From: Diadema antillarum
Taxonomy: Eukaryota
DNA: 64,000 nucleotides
Direction: 5' to 3'
NCBI RefSeq assembly: GCF_040938485.1
Contig: NW_027271580.1
Span: forward strand, 372,001-436,000
In this document: in pieces, positions 1-11,762 of the stretch
How positions within the stretch are numbered: the first letter of the stretch is position 1
Layout: each line of letters begins with the position of its first letter
Translations under genes and position numbers: made by a program
Notes under the pieces: generated by a model
What the model was told of the DNA's origin: nothing
The model's input: the letters and a program-made list of their open reading frames with translations, nothing else
Databases searched by the model: none

Positions 1-530
1 TACCTCGTGTTAACCTCATTAATTTTACCCCTCCAAGAAAAGAATAAAAAAAGGAGAGGTGCATATTCAAGAACCTTCGGAATTACGAAGCTTATTCGTT
101 TTCATTTTCGGAATGGAATAACGAACCTTCGGAACAACGAATTCTAGCTGTCATGTTAATGGTACTCCCAACCTGAGGGTGTTTCTTTTACATTAGGGAA
201 TAATGTTTATACTACTACTATACACAAAATACAGACATACAGGCAGAAACATTTATGGCTTTAAATGCACAAATACTTGCACAGCAGTCCAAGAAGTAAT
301 GGCATTATGACTACACTTTTGTTGGTCTGTTTTTTTGTTTTTTTGTTTTTTTTTTGTTTTAAGACCGCATTAAAAAAGTATTCATAGGTACATATAACAT
401 CACATCTGTAGATTCTTTAGTGTGTTAAGATAATTATGCCTCTGCAATTTTCCGCTCCACATTCCTGGCTTCACGGTACCTGATAGATTTCTGCATTGAT
501 ATGCATGCAAGAGAGTGCTAACTATTCCAA

Positions 531-532
<2 letters not shown>

Positions 533-575
<43 letters not shown>
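533..575. repeat. (CA)n microsatellite
   Basis: Direct: run of about 20 CA units. Confidence 0.9.
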
Positions 576-788
576 TTCACAGACATAACATGTATACATG
601 CTGAGAGGGGAAAAGGCAACAAAAGATATATAGCGGAAGAGAAAATCAAGATAGGGAACTGAACATAAAAACCACATCGCCGATATCCTATGCAGATAGC
701 AGAGGACCGACACGCTTTGGTTGTTGTTGTTTCTTGGTTTTTTTCTTTTGTGGGGAGGGGGGGCATGTTGTTGTTTCCCGACCAGGTA

Positions 789-1079
789 CTCTCTAAAAAA
801 AATCGAGTGGAAATATTCACTCTTAAAGGAGTGAATACAAAAAAAGAGTGAATTTAGAGTGAATTTCGAGTGAATTTTGAGTGAAAATGTTCATTTTCAC
901 TCGTTTTAGAGTGACCTCAGGGATCACTCCAAAATCTTCGAGTGATCCCTGAGGTCACTCCAAAATGAGTGAAAATGAACGTTTTCACTCAAATTTCACT
1001 CCAATTTCATTCTAAATTCACTCTTTTTTGTATTCACTCCTTTAAGAGTGAATATTTTCACTCGATTTTTTTTAGAGAG
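789..1079. mobile_element. Palindromic MITE (about 290 bp foldback), TA-flanked
   Basis: Termini CTCTCTAAAAAAAATCGAGTG and CACTCGATTTTTTTTAGAGAG are reverse complements. The whole element folds back, with a perfect central 21-bp stem (909-929/940-960). TA on both sides (787-788, 1080-1081). Confidence 0.85.
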
Positions 1080-2542
1080 TACCGCATAACTTCGCTTTCT
1101 CTGTCTTTCAGGGGTATCGATGTGGATAGGATTAGGACATATCTTTCTTCCTGAAGGTACGAACCCTTTTACTTACCCCCCCCCCCCCCCCCGCAGTCCT
1201 CATTCAATCCTGTATGGCATACATTACTGAATAACGCATGACGTAATGGAATTTCTATCTCCGTGGTGTATGATCAGATTATCGATATTTCCACAATCGA
1301 GACGTTATCAGAAAAGATGTCAACGAGAATTTCTTTCTTGTAATTGATGGATTTTGATCGCATATCATTCCATCGTAATTAACTTCTATGATTAAGTGGA
1401 CGTACGTATTAGAGTAAAGGAGTATGACTAAGCAGATAGCTAGGGACCAAGGGGGTAAGGGGTAATGAGGTTAGATCTCAGAATTCGGAGAAAGTTTAGG
1501 AAATGACTATGAGAGGCTTAGATGGAGTTAAAGCGGAAGTAACTTATTATTGGTCCGGACATCTAGCTTTAGGTGACCCATGCATGTCACTTTCGATGGG
1601 ACAGTCTGCCGGGTGCATATCATGTCGATAGCACCTCGAGATAAGTGATAATTTTGTTAAACCTACTGATGAGTAATCCTGACTGCTTAGTCAACTGGGA
1701 GATGGGCCTTCCTGGTACAGTGGTATCAACATTCATATACAATCATGATGTGATAACATATATTATGAACACAATATAGGGCCCTATTCTATACTATAAT
1801 GGAGCAAAATGATTACTGAAGTCTCTTGAGTGATATATGATAGTAGGCCTATTATGACGTTTGTGACCATTGTGTGTGCGCGCCACTCGGTAGGAGCTAG
1901 TGTTGCTATATATAGTCAGTGTGTATGAGTGATGTATTGTTAAAGTGAGACTGTGTGTATACGTGGTTCCTCAAGACAAGGAGAACGGGAAGGAAACAGA
2001 AGACAAAGAAGCAGAATGGTCGACGAATTCCGTTTATAATATTCCACACTATCAGTGCAAGTGCATATTTGTATGTTTGTACGTTGTTTTGTTTTGTCCG
2101 TATAAGTGTGCAGAGCATGTTATAGTACACGTGTCAATGGTGGCAGAGATAGATGTAGGCAGCCCATGATAGTTTTATACGCTCGATTTCGTTTCCTTGC
2201 AAAAGACTGTCAGAACTTCGTTAATGAATACTATAACGTACAGAGATGATGTACAGAGTTGATGTTGATAGAAGCTATTTACAAATATGTTTCAATTTCA
2301 AATTCTCGTAAATATGCAAAATCCTTACTTCCAAATTCAGAGTGTTATTGATAACCGGTGATGGCCACATGACCATTGCTATAAAGGTGGTGATATGCGT
2401 TTAAGCGTCATATAGGCTATGACACGCTGATAGAGATTAAAAAAGATAAGAATTAGTCAAGACTATGTTCGTATATTTAGGCAGATGGAAGAGAACACAC
2501 ATAAAAAAAAAGCAAATGAACTGCAAGAAAATTTCCACTTAC

Positions 2543-5113
2543 GTCCAGCACAATGGACTGGTGATCGAGCGGGACGCGCCTGTTGATGCAAGGGTTGACT
2601 CCCCGCTCACCCATCGTGACCACACCGCTGCAGTGCGACTCCGAAGCTAGGCAGGTAGGTAATGCTATCCGCTGGATACTAATCAGGCCTTGTGACCCTA
2701 TGGCACGGATCAGTGGGTGTGTAGAGAGCTGCACCTGTAGCACGAATGCGAGTGTATCAACCCTGGGATGAGCGGAACGAAACCCGAGTTGTAAGGACGA
2801 TGTGACCACTTCGAACTGACGACGCCAATTCTTTGTCAGTGTGACCTGTAAAATTCGCCGGGGTTCCCACCGAGAGTCTATACAGAGAATAAGGTGTGTG
2901 CAATTTTGCTCCGAGTTCTAGAATAGGGTGATGCTGATATCAGCAACTGATGAAAAGAGTCACACATGGTTAACTTCTCTGAATAAACACCGCTTTGGTT
3001 GGATATTTATACTTCTCTTTCTGTTAACTGCGCGTAGACTGATGATCCTCCCCGCCCAGTTTTAATGTTGGCTTGTTTACTTGCTTCTTTATACTGCGTG
3101 GGACTTGTAGTGCACATAAAAATTATCACAATGTCTAATTTCTGCCTTCGTGTAACCTGCTGTAGTTGTAGAGAAATGTATATTATACTCATCTTTCCCA
3201 GGATCAAATAAAATACCTAAGTTGAAAATTATCATTTAGTACAGGTCTTTGTTGCTGACAAACAACAGCACAACGGCGTATGACAGCAGTTTAGAGCTTA
3301 GAGTTACAAGGTAACATGGTTTGAGAGGAATGCAATACCATACTCATCATCTTTCCTGGAATAAAAAAAAAAAACAACACAAAAAAAACCCCGCACGTTC
3401 ATATTGTTCGGTACAGGTCCCTATTTTGTTGTTCTATTTATCGAAACATTGATTAACGTACTTCCTAGCAGCAGATTTACGGCTTAGAGTTACAAGGAAA
3501 GCGTGCAGTGCTATAGATCGTATTGATTTGTCAGCATATTTTTGTACAATAGCCGATTACGCGATGTAAAAGTCTATGGAGTCTGATTACGTAACTATAA
3601 CCAATGAGAACACCTGGACATCATGTAGGCCTACTTTTGTCTGTGTAAATGACTTTGTGCTTGACCTTCAGTTAAAAACCAGCCTCTTTTCAGATGTCAA
3701 ACGGGTTCGTTTTAGTCTGTTTAAGACAGCTATCTTTCATTAAACAAGCAAAATATTGTTTATAGATCAGTTGATCAATCCATGGGTATACAGTATCGTC
3801 AGCTATCAATAACTATGATTTTAACAACAGAAATTGTTGAATGTGTATTTCTATATTATCATATACATTTTTGTGACAAACGTATAGGTCGTTGACATAT
3901 ACAAATAATCGTATTTTGTGTGAGATGTGAGGTGGGGAAGTGGGGTAAAGACGCACGAGTAGAATCAAACAGATAAAAATCCAGCGCTTAAATGCATAAT
4001 GAGTGGATCTCAACCATAAAAATTCATTACATATTTGAACTTTTTTCAACATATCCAGGTCCAGGGGCGTCGTTGAGTATCGCAAATGGAGGGGGAGGAT
4101 GAGGAGGATCTTAGGGTGAGCCCTGAGTGAAATCGTGTTGTTGGTAGGTATCTAATTTTTAGCATTAGTGCTTTTAAATCATAGATATCAAATATTTTTG
4201 TTGGATGGTTGATTTTTCAATTGGTTGGTTATGTAGCCAAACGTGTTCCATGCATCCATGACAAGGGACTTCATACTCACAGTATATCCATCTTTACCCA
4301 TCAGCCATACGAAAAATAATGATTTCCTGACAAGGCGATGCTGCCCCAAACAATGTTGACAGGATCCTATACGGAGGACCTGCATGTTCTGACACTGAAG
4401 AGACTATATGTGAATAGGACCACTTTCATCTGTCATTCTATCTTAATCCACTGCACGATCCAATAGCTATAGTGAAATGCATAATAAGATACCACTCACT
4501 TGCACCAAAACATCTGAACGATCGCTGATCTTGTTTCATCGTCAACATCATTCATCATTAGTGGAGAGATTCCATGTCGTTGGAACTCTGAAACTTATTA
4601 AAAAAAAAACTGTCGATGTCTCTTTGAATGCAAAGGGTGTTTTTTTTTTTCTTTTTGAGTAATCGTATCTGACGACAGACACGGAAGAAAAGAGGAAGCG
4701 GGCCAATAAAATACACTGTGAACCAACAGTTTACGCTTGAAGAGTCACTCGTATTTACTCAGACACGAGCTGCAAACAAGATTCTGTCTCTCCTTCGCAT
4801 AGCACTGTCGTTTATGCAGGCACTTTGCTATTCTACTCACACATTCCTACCGAGCATTTACTTGCTCGCAATGGCACATATTATATAGGTAAAGCGGTCC
4901 ATTGCATTGTGAATATTCTGGTACGGTGAATTGCCTGTAAGCGAGACTGCATTGTGATAAACGGGAATTTGAGGGGAATTTGACGACTGCTAGCTGTTTG
5001 CATTGTAAAGTCGTATTTCGTTGCCATTGTTGTAGCTGCCCATAGTCAGTCCAGATTTTGTTGATAAAAACAGCTGACATAAAAAGGCGACAAATATTAC
5101 ACACCCATCGCAT
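2543..5113 (-). other. Candidate spliced transcription unit, product unrecognised (exons ~5113/4932-4862, 4394-4281, 2845-2543)
   Basis: Strong splice signals (TCTCTTCAG|..ACT|GTGAGT; TTTTACAG|..GAC|GTAAGT). Exon lengths of 114 and 303 nt are both open in phase 0, and the 303-nt exon is GC-richer than its flanks. No recognisable domain. Confidence 0.35.
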
Positions 5114-6345
5114 GCACCATTCCAAATTCGATCAAAGTTTGTGAAACAGCGAAAAGCCAGTCAAAGCGGGGATGTTACCTATTCCTTTTTTTATATTTAT
5201 CTCGGTGATCCATCACATCTTTTATTGTGCATCGCGTGTGCTGATATAGACCCTTCAACTCCTCTTCCTTCACGCCTTTTCCTACATTCTTTTCCTGTTC
5301 TCATGTCTCTTTCTGTTTCTCCTTCCAAGATAGTTCTTTCTTTTCTTTCACTCTGTTTTTTTTTCTCTCTCTCTTTCTCTTTAACAAGAGGGCGTACTTG
5401 TGTTTATCTGTCAGTCTCCTTGTTTGTTTGTTTGTACAAGTATGTATGTGTGTGTACGTTTTCTTTTTTATATAAGCAACATGTTTTTGGTAACTTATCC
5501 ACGAGCAGACTGCAAAATACAAGCTTGTTTCTTTCAGCACGTCTCCTCCATTTCCTGCAAATTTTGATTTTATTTCATCTGGTGATGTTCACGTGTTTTT
5601 CTGCGTTGCTACATTGTATTGATAGTGTGTTATTTTGTGTATGTAAATGTTTTGCATTGTTTAAAATGAAATAAATGAAATGAACAATTGTTATGTGGTT
5701 AATTCAGTGTCATAATAAATTCAGTTATATATTCACGTATATAAGCCCGTTTCCGGAAATATTCAGTTATGTCTACGCCCCCCCCCCCCCGACTTATAAT
5801 TATAGTAACAAACTAATTCCACCCACAGTCATGTACACTGTACATTGTATAGTGCATTTCAATACTTGGAATCCAGTTTGCATTATTCGTTATCTGCTAT
5901 GTCGGACAAACGGGAACAACTTTTTCATAGGAAAAATGTGCAAAGATTGAGCATTTTAGAAATAGGTCTATTCTAGAGTCCCGCAGTTTCTAGACTATAA
6001 CCGCTTCAGCTGTCGGTTTTCCTTGTTTTTCTTGAAAACAACGTATGATACATGTAAAGTGACACAACTGCTAAATCATGCATAATGAGGGGAATATATT
6101 TCCCATCTCATTGACTCATAGCCAACCGATATCTAATATTTATGTAACACGTGGATGCCGAGGATGAAAAAAAAATAATCTGGCAAAATAATTATTGAAC
6201 TATGGTTGTTGCGTCCTTCCAGGCATATATTTTTTTTCTAAGAGAGATTAATTTCTTTATTTATTGATTAGTATTGTTTTCACGGTAGCTCGACGCCGTT
6301 TCGCAAATTATATGGTTTGATGTCAGCAGCATTTATTGGAATTGT

Positions 6346-6596
6346 GGGGGCACTGTGGCAGTGGATAAGACTCTCGACTCCTGATCGGAGGACCCGAGTT
6401 CGAGTCCCGCCCAGTGCTTGCGTCCTTGGACAAGATGTTTTACCCACCACGTCCCTCTCGACCCAGGTGTATAAATGGGTACCTGGCAACGCTAGGGTAA
6501 TAATAATGGCAGGGCCCTCTGGTAGAGCAGTGGAACCACTGAAGAGCCTACCCTGGGTAAATAAGACCGTATTATTATTATTATTATTATTATTAA
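6346..6596 (+). mobile_element. tRNA-derived SINE with (ATT)n tail
   Basis: GGGG start, A-box-like TGGCAGTGG, B-box GAGTTCGAGTCC, central GTCCTTGGACAAG and CCCAGGTGTATAAATGGGTACC motifs typical of marine-invertebrate SINE2 families, and a 3' (ATT)8 tail. Confidence 0.85.
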
Positions 6597-7944
6597 TAGT
6601 ATTGCTGGCTATACTAGTACACGTATCTGATATGACTGACTGACATCGGAATGGCCTTACTTTGACGCTCTCTTTTTTTTGTTTCACTCACATTGCTATT
6701 GGTCCTTTGCTTGTGTTTTTGGTCATGGAAAGCGCATTAAAATGGGATTGGCGTTATCTAAAAACTGTGATTACATTATAATTATGAGATAAAGAAGCAG
6801 ACAGGTAGAACGACGGACTGACTCTGGCTACATGCCAAACTGGAAAAAAAAAACCCGATGAAGACAGACAGATGATAATAACATAACTGTAAAGTTGTAA
6901 AAACTCATTCGCATGCTTCTTTCGGAGATTAAAATGAATCAAAGAAATGAATGAATGAGGTGTGCTTCAAAATCGTCTCCCATTAAGACAGATCGAAACC
7001 TTTATAACAGATCTTTTGTAAAAACAGACGATGAAAGATAGTAAATACAATTAAGATCATTATGCTAAGAACTGCTAATCTATTATATAAGGCTGAGGAA
7101 AAAAGGAGTACAAACACAAACGCATATAACTATATACTGTTGTGTTATATGAAAGAGGCCTATCATCAAAAGGGATGATAGAGTGGGGTATATAGGGTAT
7201 AGCTTCTAACACACATAAAGGGGGAAAAGAGACGGTGATACTGGTAATTGTCGCGAGCCTCTTCGGAAGCGATCCTCTTCCCATAATTTGGTGTAATTTA
7301 TCATTCTGGACTTCATCCAATATCTTGTTACGTCACAATTGCGATCTTCATTAGTGTCTGAAGCAGAAAAAAACAAAAACAAAACAAAACAAAAATACAA
7401 CGAGACGTTAATTCCGGGATCACGTTGCAATTCGAATAACGACATGACGTTAATTCTGGCTAGAGGCAAAGTTCTATGTAACGTCGTGTGGTAATTGGAA
7501 TTAATTGCTATATACGTCACCCCGGAATCAATGCCATGTTGTGATTTGAATATTACCAAAGGTAGCAAATATTCATGTCATGTGGTGATTCTATCAAAAT
7601 ATAGCAAATAATTACGTCGTGTTGTAATTATATTTGCAACATGTTGCAAGTGGAATTACAATATGTCGGGAAGTGATAATTCAACCGGCGTAGCCAGGAT
7701 ATTTTAGGGGAGGGGGAGGGTGTGTTCGAGGCTGCCCTCCCTCCCAGCGTGAGAACTTATTGCATTTTGATGTTGTAGATGGTGCAATTTGATGCATGGT
7801 TTTGCGTGTTTCATCGACTTGAAACTGTCCCACTTGTTTAGGGTAGCAGTATATTTTGATGGAGATTATTATTCAACAATAATTAATTTTGCCTATAAAA
7901 TAGTATAATTTAGATAAACTTTTTGTATTCATTCTTACAATAGG

Positions 7945-8559
7945 CAGGGCTCGACACTAACTTTTTTTTTGGTGGCCCGATGGGGCCACCAAAATTATCA
8001 ATTTCAAAATTTTGGTGGCCCGAGAGAAAAATTTGGTGGCCCGAAAAAAACTCAATAAAAAACATTGAAAGTCCTTTTTTAATGAGTCAAATATTTAAGT
8101 TTTATCATAGTAAGAACAGTGGAAGCTGGACATATCTATTCATAAATAAACCTCAACAAACTCGCAACACTCACTCTTAGGCACTCATTCAGTCCTTTTA
8201 ATCCATCCTTTAAACAAATTTAACTGCTGAATGGTGAAGACTAAGTTATTCATTGACAGGCACATGGGTTGCAACATCTAAACATAAATAAATGACATCA
8301 GATTACATGTCAATAATTAAGAAGCTAAAAGAACATATTTCTATTTCTCAAAACACAAAAGACAAAATTAATACTTTTGCACACATTGCATGCATTTATG
8401 CATTTCCGGCGCAAAAAGTTACGAACTTATTGACGTACTTTTCAAAAAATTTGGTGGCCCGCCTCGGGCCACCAAATTTGCCCTTTGGGGAAACTTGGTG
8501 GCCCGACTTTCATTTTTGGTGGCCCCGGGCCACCGGGCCACCGTTAGTGTCGAGCCCTG
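7945..8559. mobile_element. Non-autonomous hAT-like DNA transposon (615 bp), 7-bp TSD
   Basis: Perfect 17-bp TIR CAGGGCTCGACACTAAC/GTTAGTGTCGAGCCCTG. Repeated subterminal GGTGGCCC(G) motifs at both ends. Flanking direct repeat CAATAGG (7938-7944, 8560-8566). Confidence 0.9.
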
Positions 8560-8659
8560 CAATAGGTACTGAAATATACCATAAACACTGTCTGTTAAGC
8601 AATCAAACAGAAAAAGCATGCACACGAGGGTGTAGATAAGGGTCATTTTTCCTCTCACA

Positions 8660-10490
8660 CGAAGGTGATTTTGGATTTTTAGATCTGAAATTCAGGGATC
8701 TGGTACAATACTGGAAATAAATATGTTTTTTTTTTCAGGAAAGTGTTAAAATCACGGAATATAGCTCTTATTCTGAGTGTGCATCATCTATCAAGTGTGT
8801 GTACAAAGTCTATAGTGAGGTAGAGCTTAGGGTGAGGGTGTGGGAGGGGGATTCTCCCTCCCGCTCGACGGAGCTTTTGCGGTTTTAGAATGGAAATAAA
8901 GCGATCTGAAGCACACTTTTTGTGGAAATTCGGAAATTGTCATTCCCAAAAGTTTACTAAGTCTATAAAAGGGGACCATAATAGCCAGGGAGGGTGGCAA
9001 GATACCTCTCCCATATTCAAGGGAGCTTTTTTTTTCAGTTTTAGAACTGAAATTCAACAATCTTGCGCGCACTTTTGTTGGAATATCTGGAAATTTGTCA
9101 ATCAGTGTAGCAAGTCTGTAGAAGGAGACAAAGCAGGAGGATGTAAGCGGATAAGCCCTATTCCCTACACTCCCTATACTCCTACACTCATGTACACTTT
9201 ACAAATTTCTTCTCCATTTACAAGGAGACATATACTCCCCATCAAAAGCACTATGGTTATCATTTATAGCAAACATTTTTGATTATGCAGGGCTAGGGAA
9301 TGTGTGGTTAGCACAAGGGGGTGGATTTAGTGCTGCATGGATTTCACACACTTCAAAAGTTAGACTTTTTGATATGTTTTTAGTCAAGAGTGGAGAGCAG
9401 CTACATGGTCAAATAGAATTTGTACAGATTATAGAATTTTTAAGGATAATTTGATGTTTGAGAAGTATATATACAGGTCTTGTGTAAGAAAGATATATTA
9501 CATTAAGGAAATTCAGATGTCGATCTAATGGATTATCCGTTAATAAGGGCAGATTTGATGCAAGCCTGACAGATGAATTGCATTATACCAAATGTTCATC
9601 TGCAGATATATATAGGGGATGAATTTTATTATACTTTTTGTTTGTCCCTTTTCCCACAAAGAGAGACCATTGTATTTACCAAGAAACTTGAAGGCCAGTA
9701 GACCAAGTGCATTACATATGGCCAAACTATTCAATTCAGCTAATGCTTGCCATTTAAAAAAAACTAGCCAAATTTGTCAGAATTATAATGTTTCACTTTT
9801 CTTCAAATCCAAAGAAGAAAGACAGTAGTTTTGTAGAAAGTAAAATAGACGTGAATGTGTGTACACGTAGTGGCCTTGTTTCGTAAACATGTTTATTTAT
9901 ATCTGTTATTTTCACATGAACATTATCACTTATATTTTTGTATTCATATATTGTAAATATGTTTGTACTCTCATATCCCGAGATGGGGTCGATGGAGTCA
10001 GTAAAATCTTATAAATCTTACACGAGCGAGATTCATTATTTTCTGATTGCAGTGAAACGTTTTGATCAGGTGCACACATTTGTGGCATATTTGGAAAACT
10101 GTCTATGTTCAAAGTGTAGCAAGCTGTCATGGGAGGCGGGGGGGGGGGGGGGAGGCGAGCAGGGAGAAGGTGTGGGAGAGTGCTATCACCAGCCTTCCCT
10201 TACGAGGGAGCTTTTGCCTTTTTAAAGTTGAAATTGATGGAATAGTTGGGAAATTATAAAAAGAAGGCAACTGATCTGGGGGAACTGAGCGAGGAATTAA
10301 GGCCGCGAGTGATTAAAGGGGGATATTCCCCTTGTACATGAGGGAACTTCTGAAATATACCAGTAGGTGGTAGGTTCAAGTCTTGTGCACTCATAATTAT
10401 TCAGATTGGGAGGGGGATACCCCTCCCAAGGACGGGAGATTTTGCATTTTTGAATTGAAATTCAACGATCTCACACACTTTGGTAAAATA
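8660..10490. repeat. Degenerate dispersed ~55-bp motif array (GGGAGCTTTTGC..TTTT.GAA.TGAAATT..CGATCT..CACACTTT), probably an old transposon interior
   Basis: Related copies at about 8663, 8871, 9021, 10207 and 10433, mostly preceded by purine-rich GGGAGGGGGA.T..CC segments. Confidence 0.5.
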
Positions 10491-10750
10491 TTGAAAAATA
10501 AGATCTTACTTGATGAAAGGTTAAAGGGAGACCCGCTTCATGTACATGGCAGTATACAGTATACGCGCATCGCCCCCCCCCCCCCCCCCCGCCTTCCAAA
10601 TCCTCGGTGCTAATTTTGATCTATGAAGGGGGGGGGGGGGGGGGGGGAGGGGAAACCGCCTCCATCGCACCCCCACCCCCCCCCCCCCCCCCCCCCCCCC
10701 CCCGCCCTTGTAGCCAAAAACATCACTTCCCCACACGTACCACCCCACCA

Positions 10751-10876
10751 CCGGAAGTGATGTTTTTGATGGGTCCTTCTTCCACAGAAAATCAGCTGTT
10801 AGTGGAGAGCTGTGAAGCGCTCTTGGCGGAAATTTCCATAATCTACACGTTCAGATGTTTTTACCATGATGATGAG
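10751..10876 (+). promoter_or_regulatory. Probable PPM1K promoter (ETS motif CCGGAAGTG) and non-coding first exon
   Basis: CCGGAAGTG at 10751-10759 just downstream of long C/G tracts. Donor GAG|GTATTT at 10876/10877 and acceptor TTTCACAG|G at 11711/11712, upstream of the ATG. The TSS is inferred. Confidence 0.5.
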
Positions 10877-11762
10877 GTATTTTCACTTGAATAGCTTATC
10901 TGAACTTTTATGATTATTGTAGAATGGTCGAATTTGTTACCATTGTCAAACAGAAATTAAGGTAGATAGAAAATACATAAGCTGAATTGTCCGTGTCATG
11001 TCGCTAGTCCCAGATATATCATTTTTTGTGGTGCATAAATTTACTGTGTTTGCATTGTATTGCTGCGTAGGCGGGAGGCCTAGACCTATATGTATTGATT
11101 GCTATGGCAGCTGCTATTTTTGTGAGCAAGCAAGAGTACCATTGCATTTCGGCAATCCTGGGTTATAGGGGGCTGAAATATAATCATATTATTTTTTTCC
11201 TTCAATTTTAGCAGGGGATATGTACATGTGTCATTAACTGCGAGTCTGCGGCCATGCGACCAGCCGGAACGAGATCAGGGCAAAGCGCTTCCACAGCACA
11301 GTAAACTGTGTACAAAGGAGCGCCCGGGGCTAGGGATACATATATGGGGATATGGCTGTACTGAAGTTAGAAGCCTAAAATAATTTAGCCCCCTATAACC
11401 CTGGATTGCCTTCATTTCTTGCTACACTGCTCCTACTTATTTGTACCCCACAACCACCTGAGCTGTACGAGTGCGTGCATCCCGTGCATAAGCTAACAAG
11501 GTCTGGGTACACTTTTGTAGGTCTAGTGCTGTGTAGGTAGAGTGGAATAGCAAAATTATTGGGGGGGGGGGGTTGGAAGGAGGGCACAAATCCTGTTTGC
11601 CATCGGAAGTCTTTGACATTTCTACCCCACCCACTACGGATGTGTCTAAGATATCTGGATCTGTTACTCTGAAAAGCTCAATGATGTCAAACTATTCTTG
11701 AAATTTCACAGGATTCAATAGCAGTACCCTCCATGTAGCTCCAGTGATGATGAAAGGGGAAG

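Noticed and set aside
1112-1156. Plus-strand 45-nt phase-1/1 mini-exon encoding VSMWIGLGHIFLPE (C-type-lectin-like WIGL)
   Set aside because: No other lectin exons or Cys pattern are found nearby, and a strong minus-strand donor lies 20 bp away. A 4-aa motif is insufficient.
1665-1672. CTGATGA motifs (also ~2948, ~3039, ~32103, ~49962) as hammerhead ribozyme cores
   Set aside because: No appropriately placed GAAA with pairing stems I-III.
10521-10894. Poly-Pro/poly-Gly ORFs (also 33644-34067 and 23516-23776)
   Set aside because: Artefacts of C/G homopolymers.
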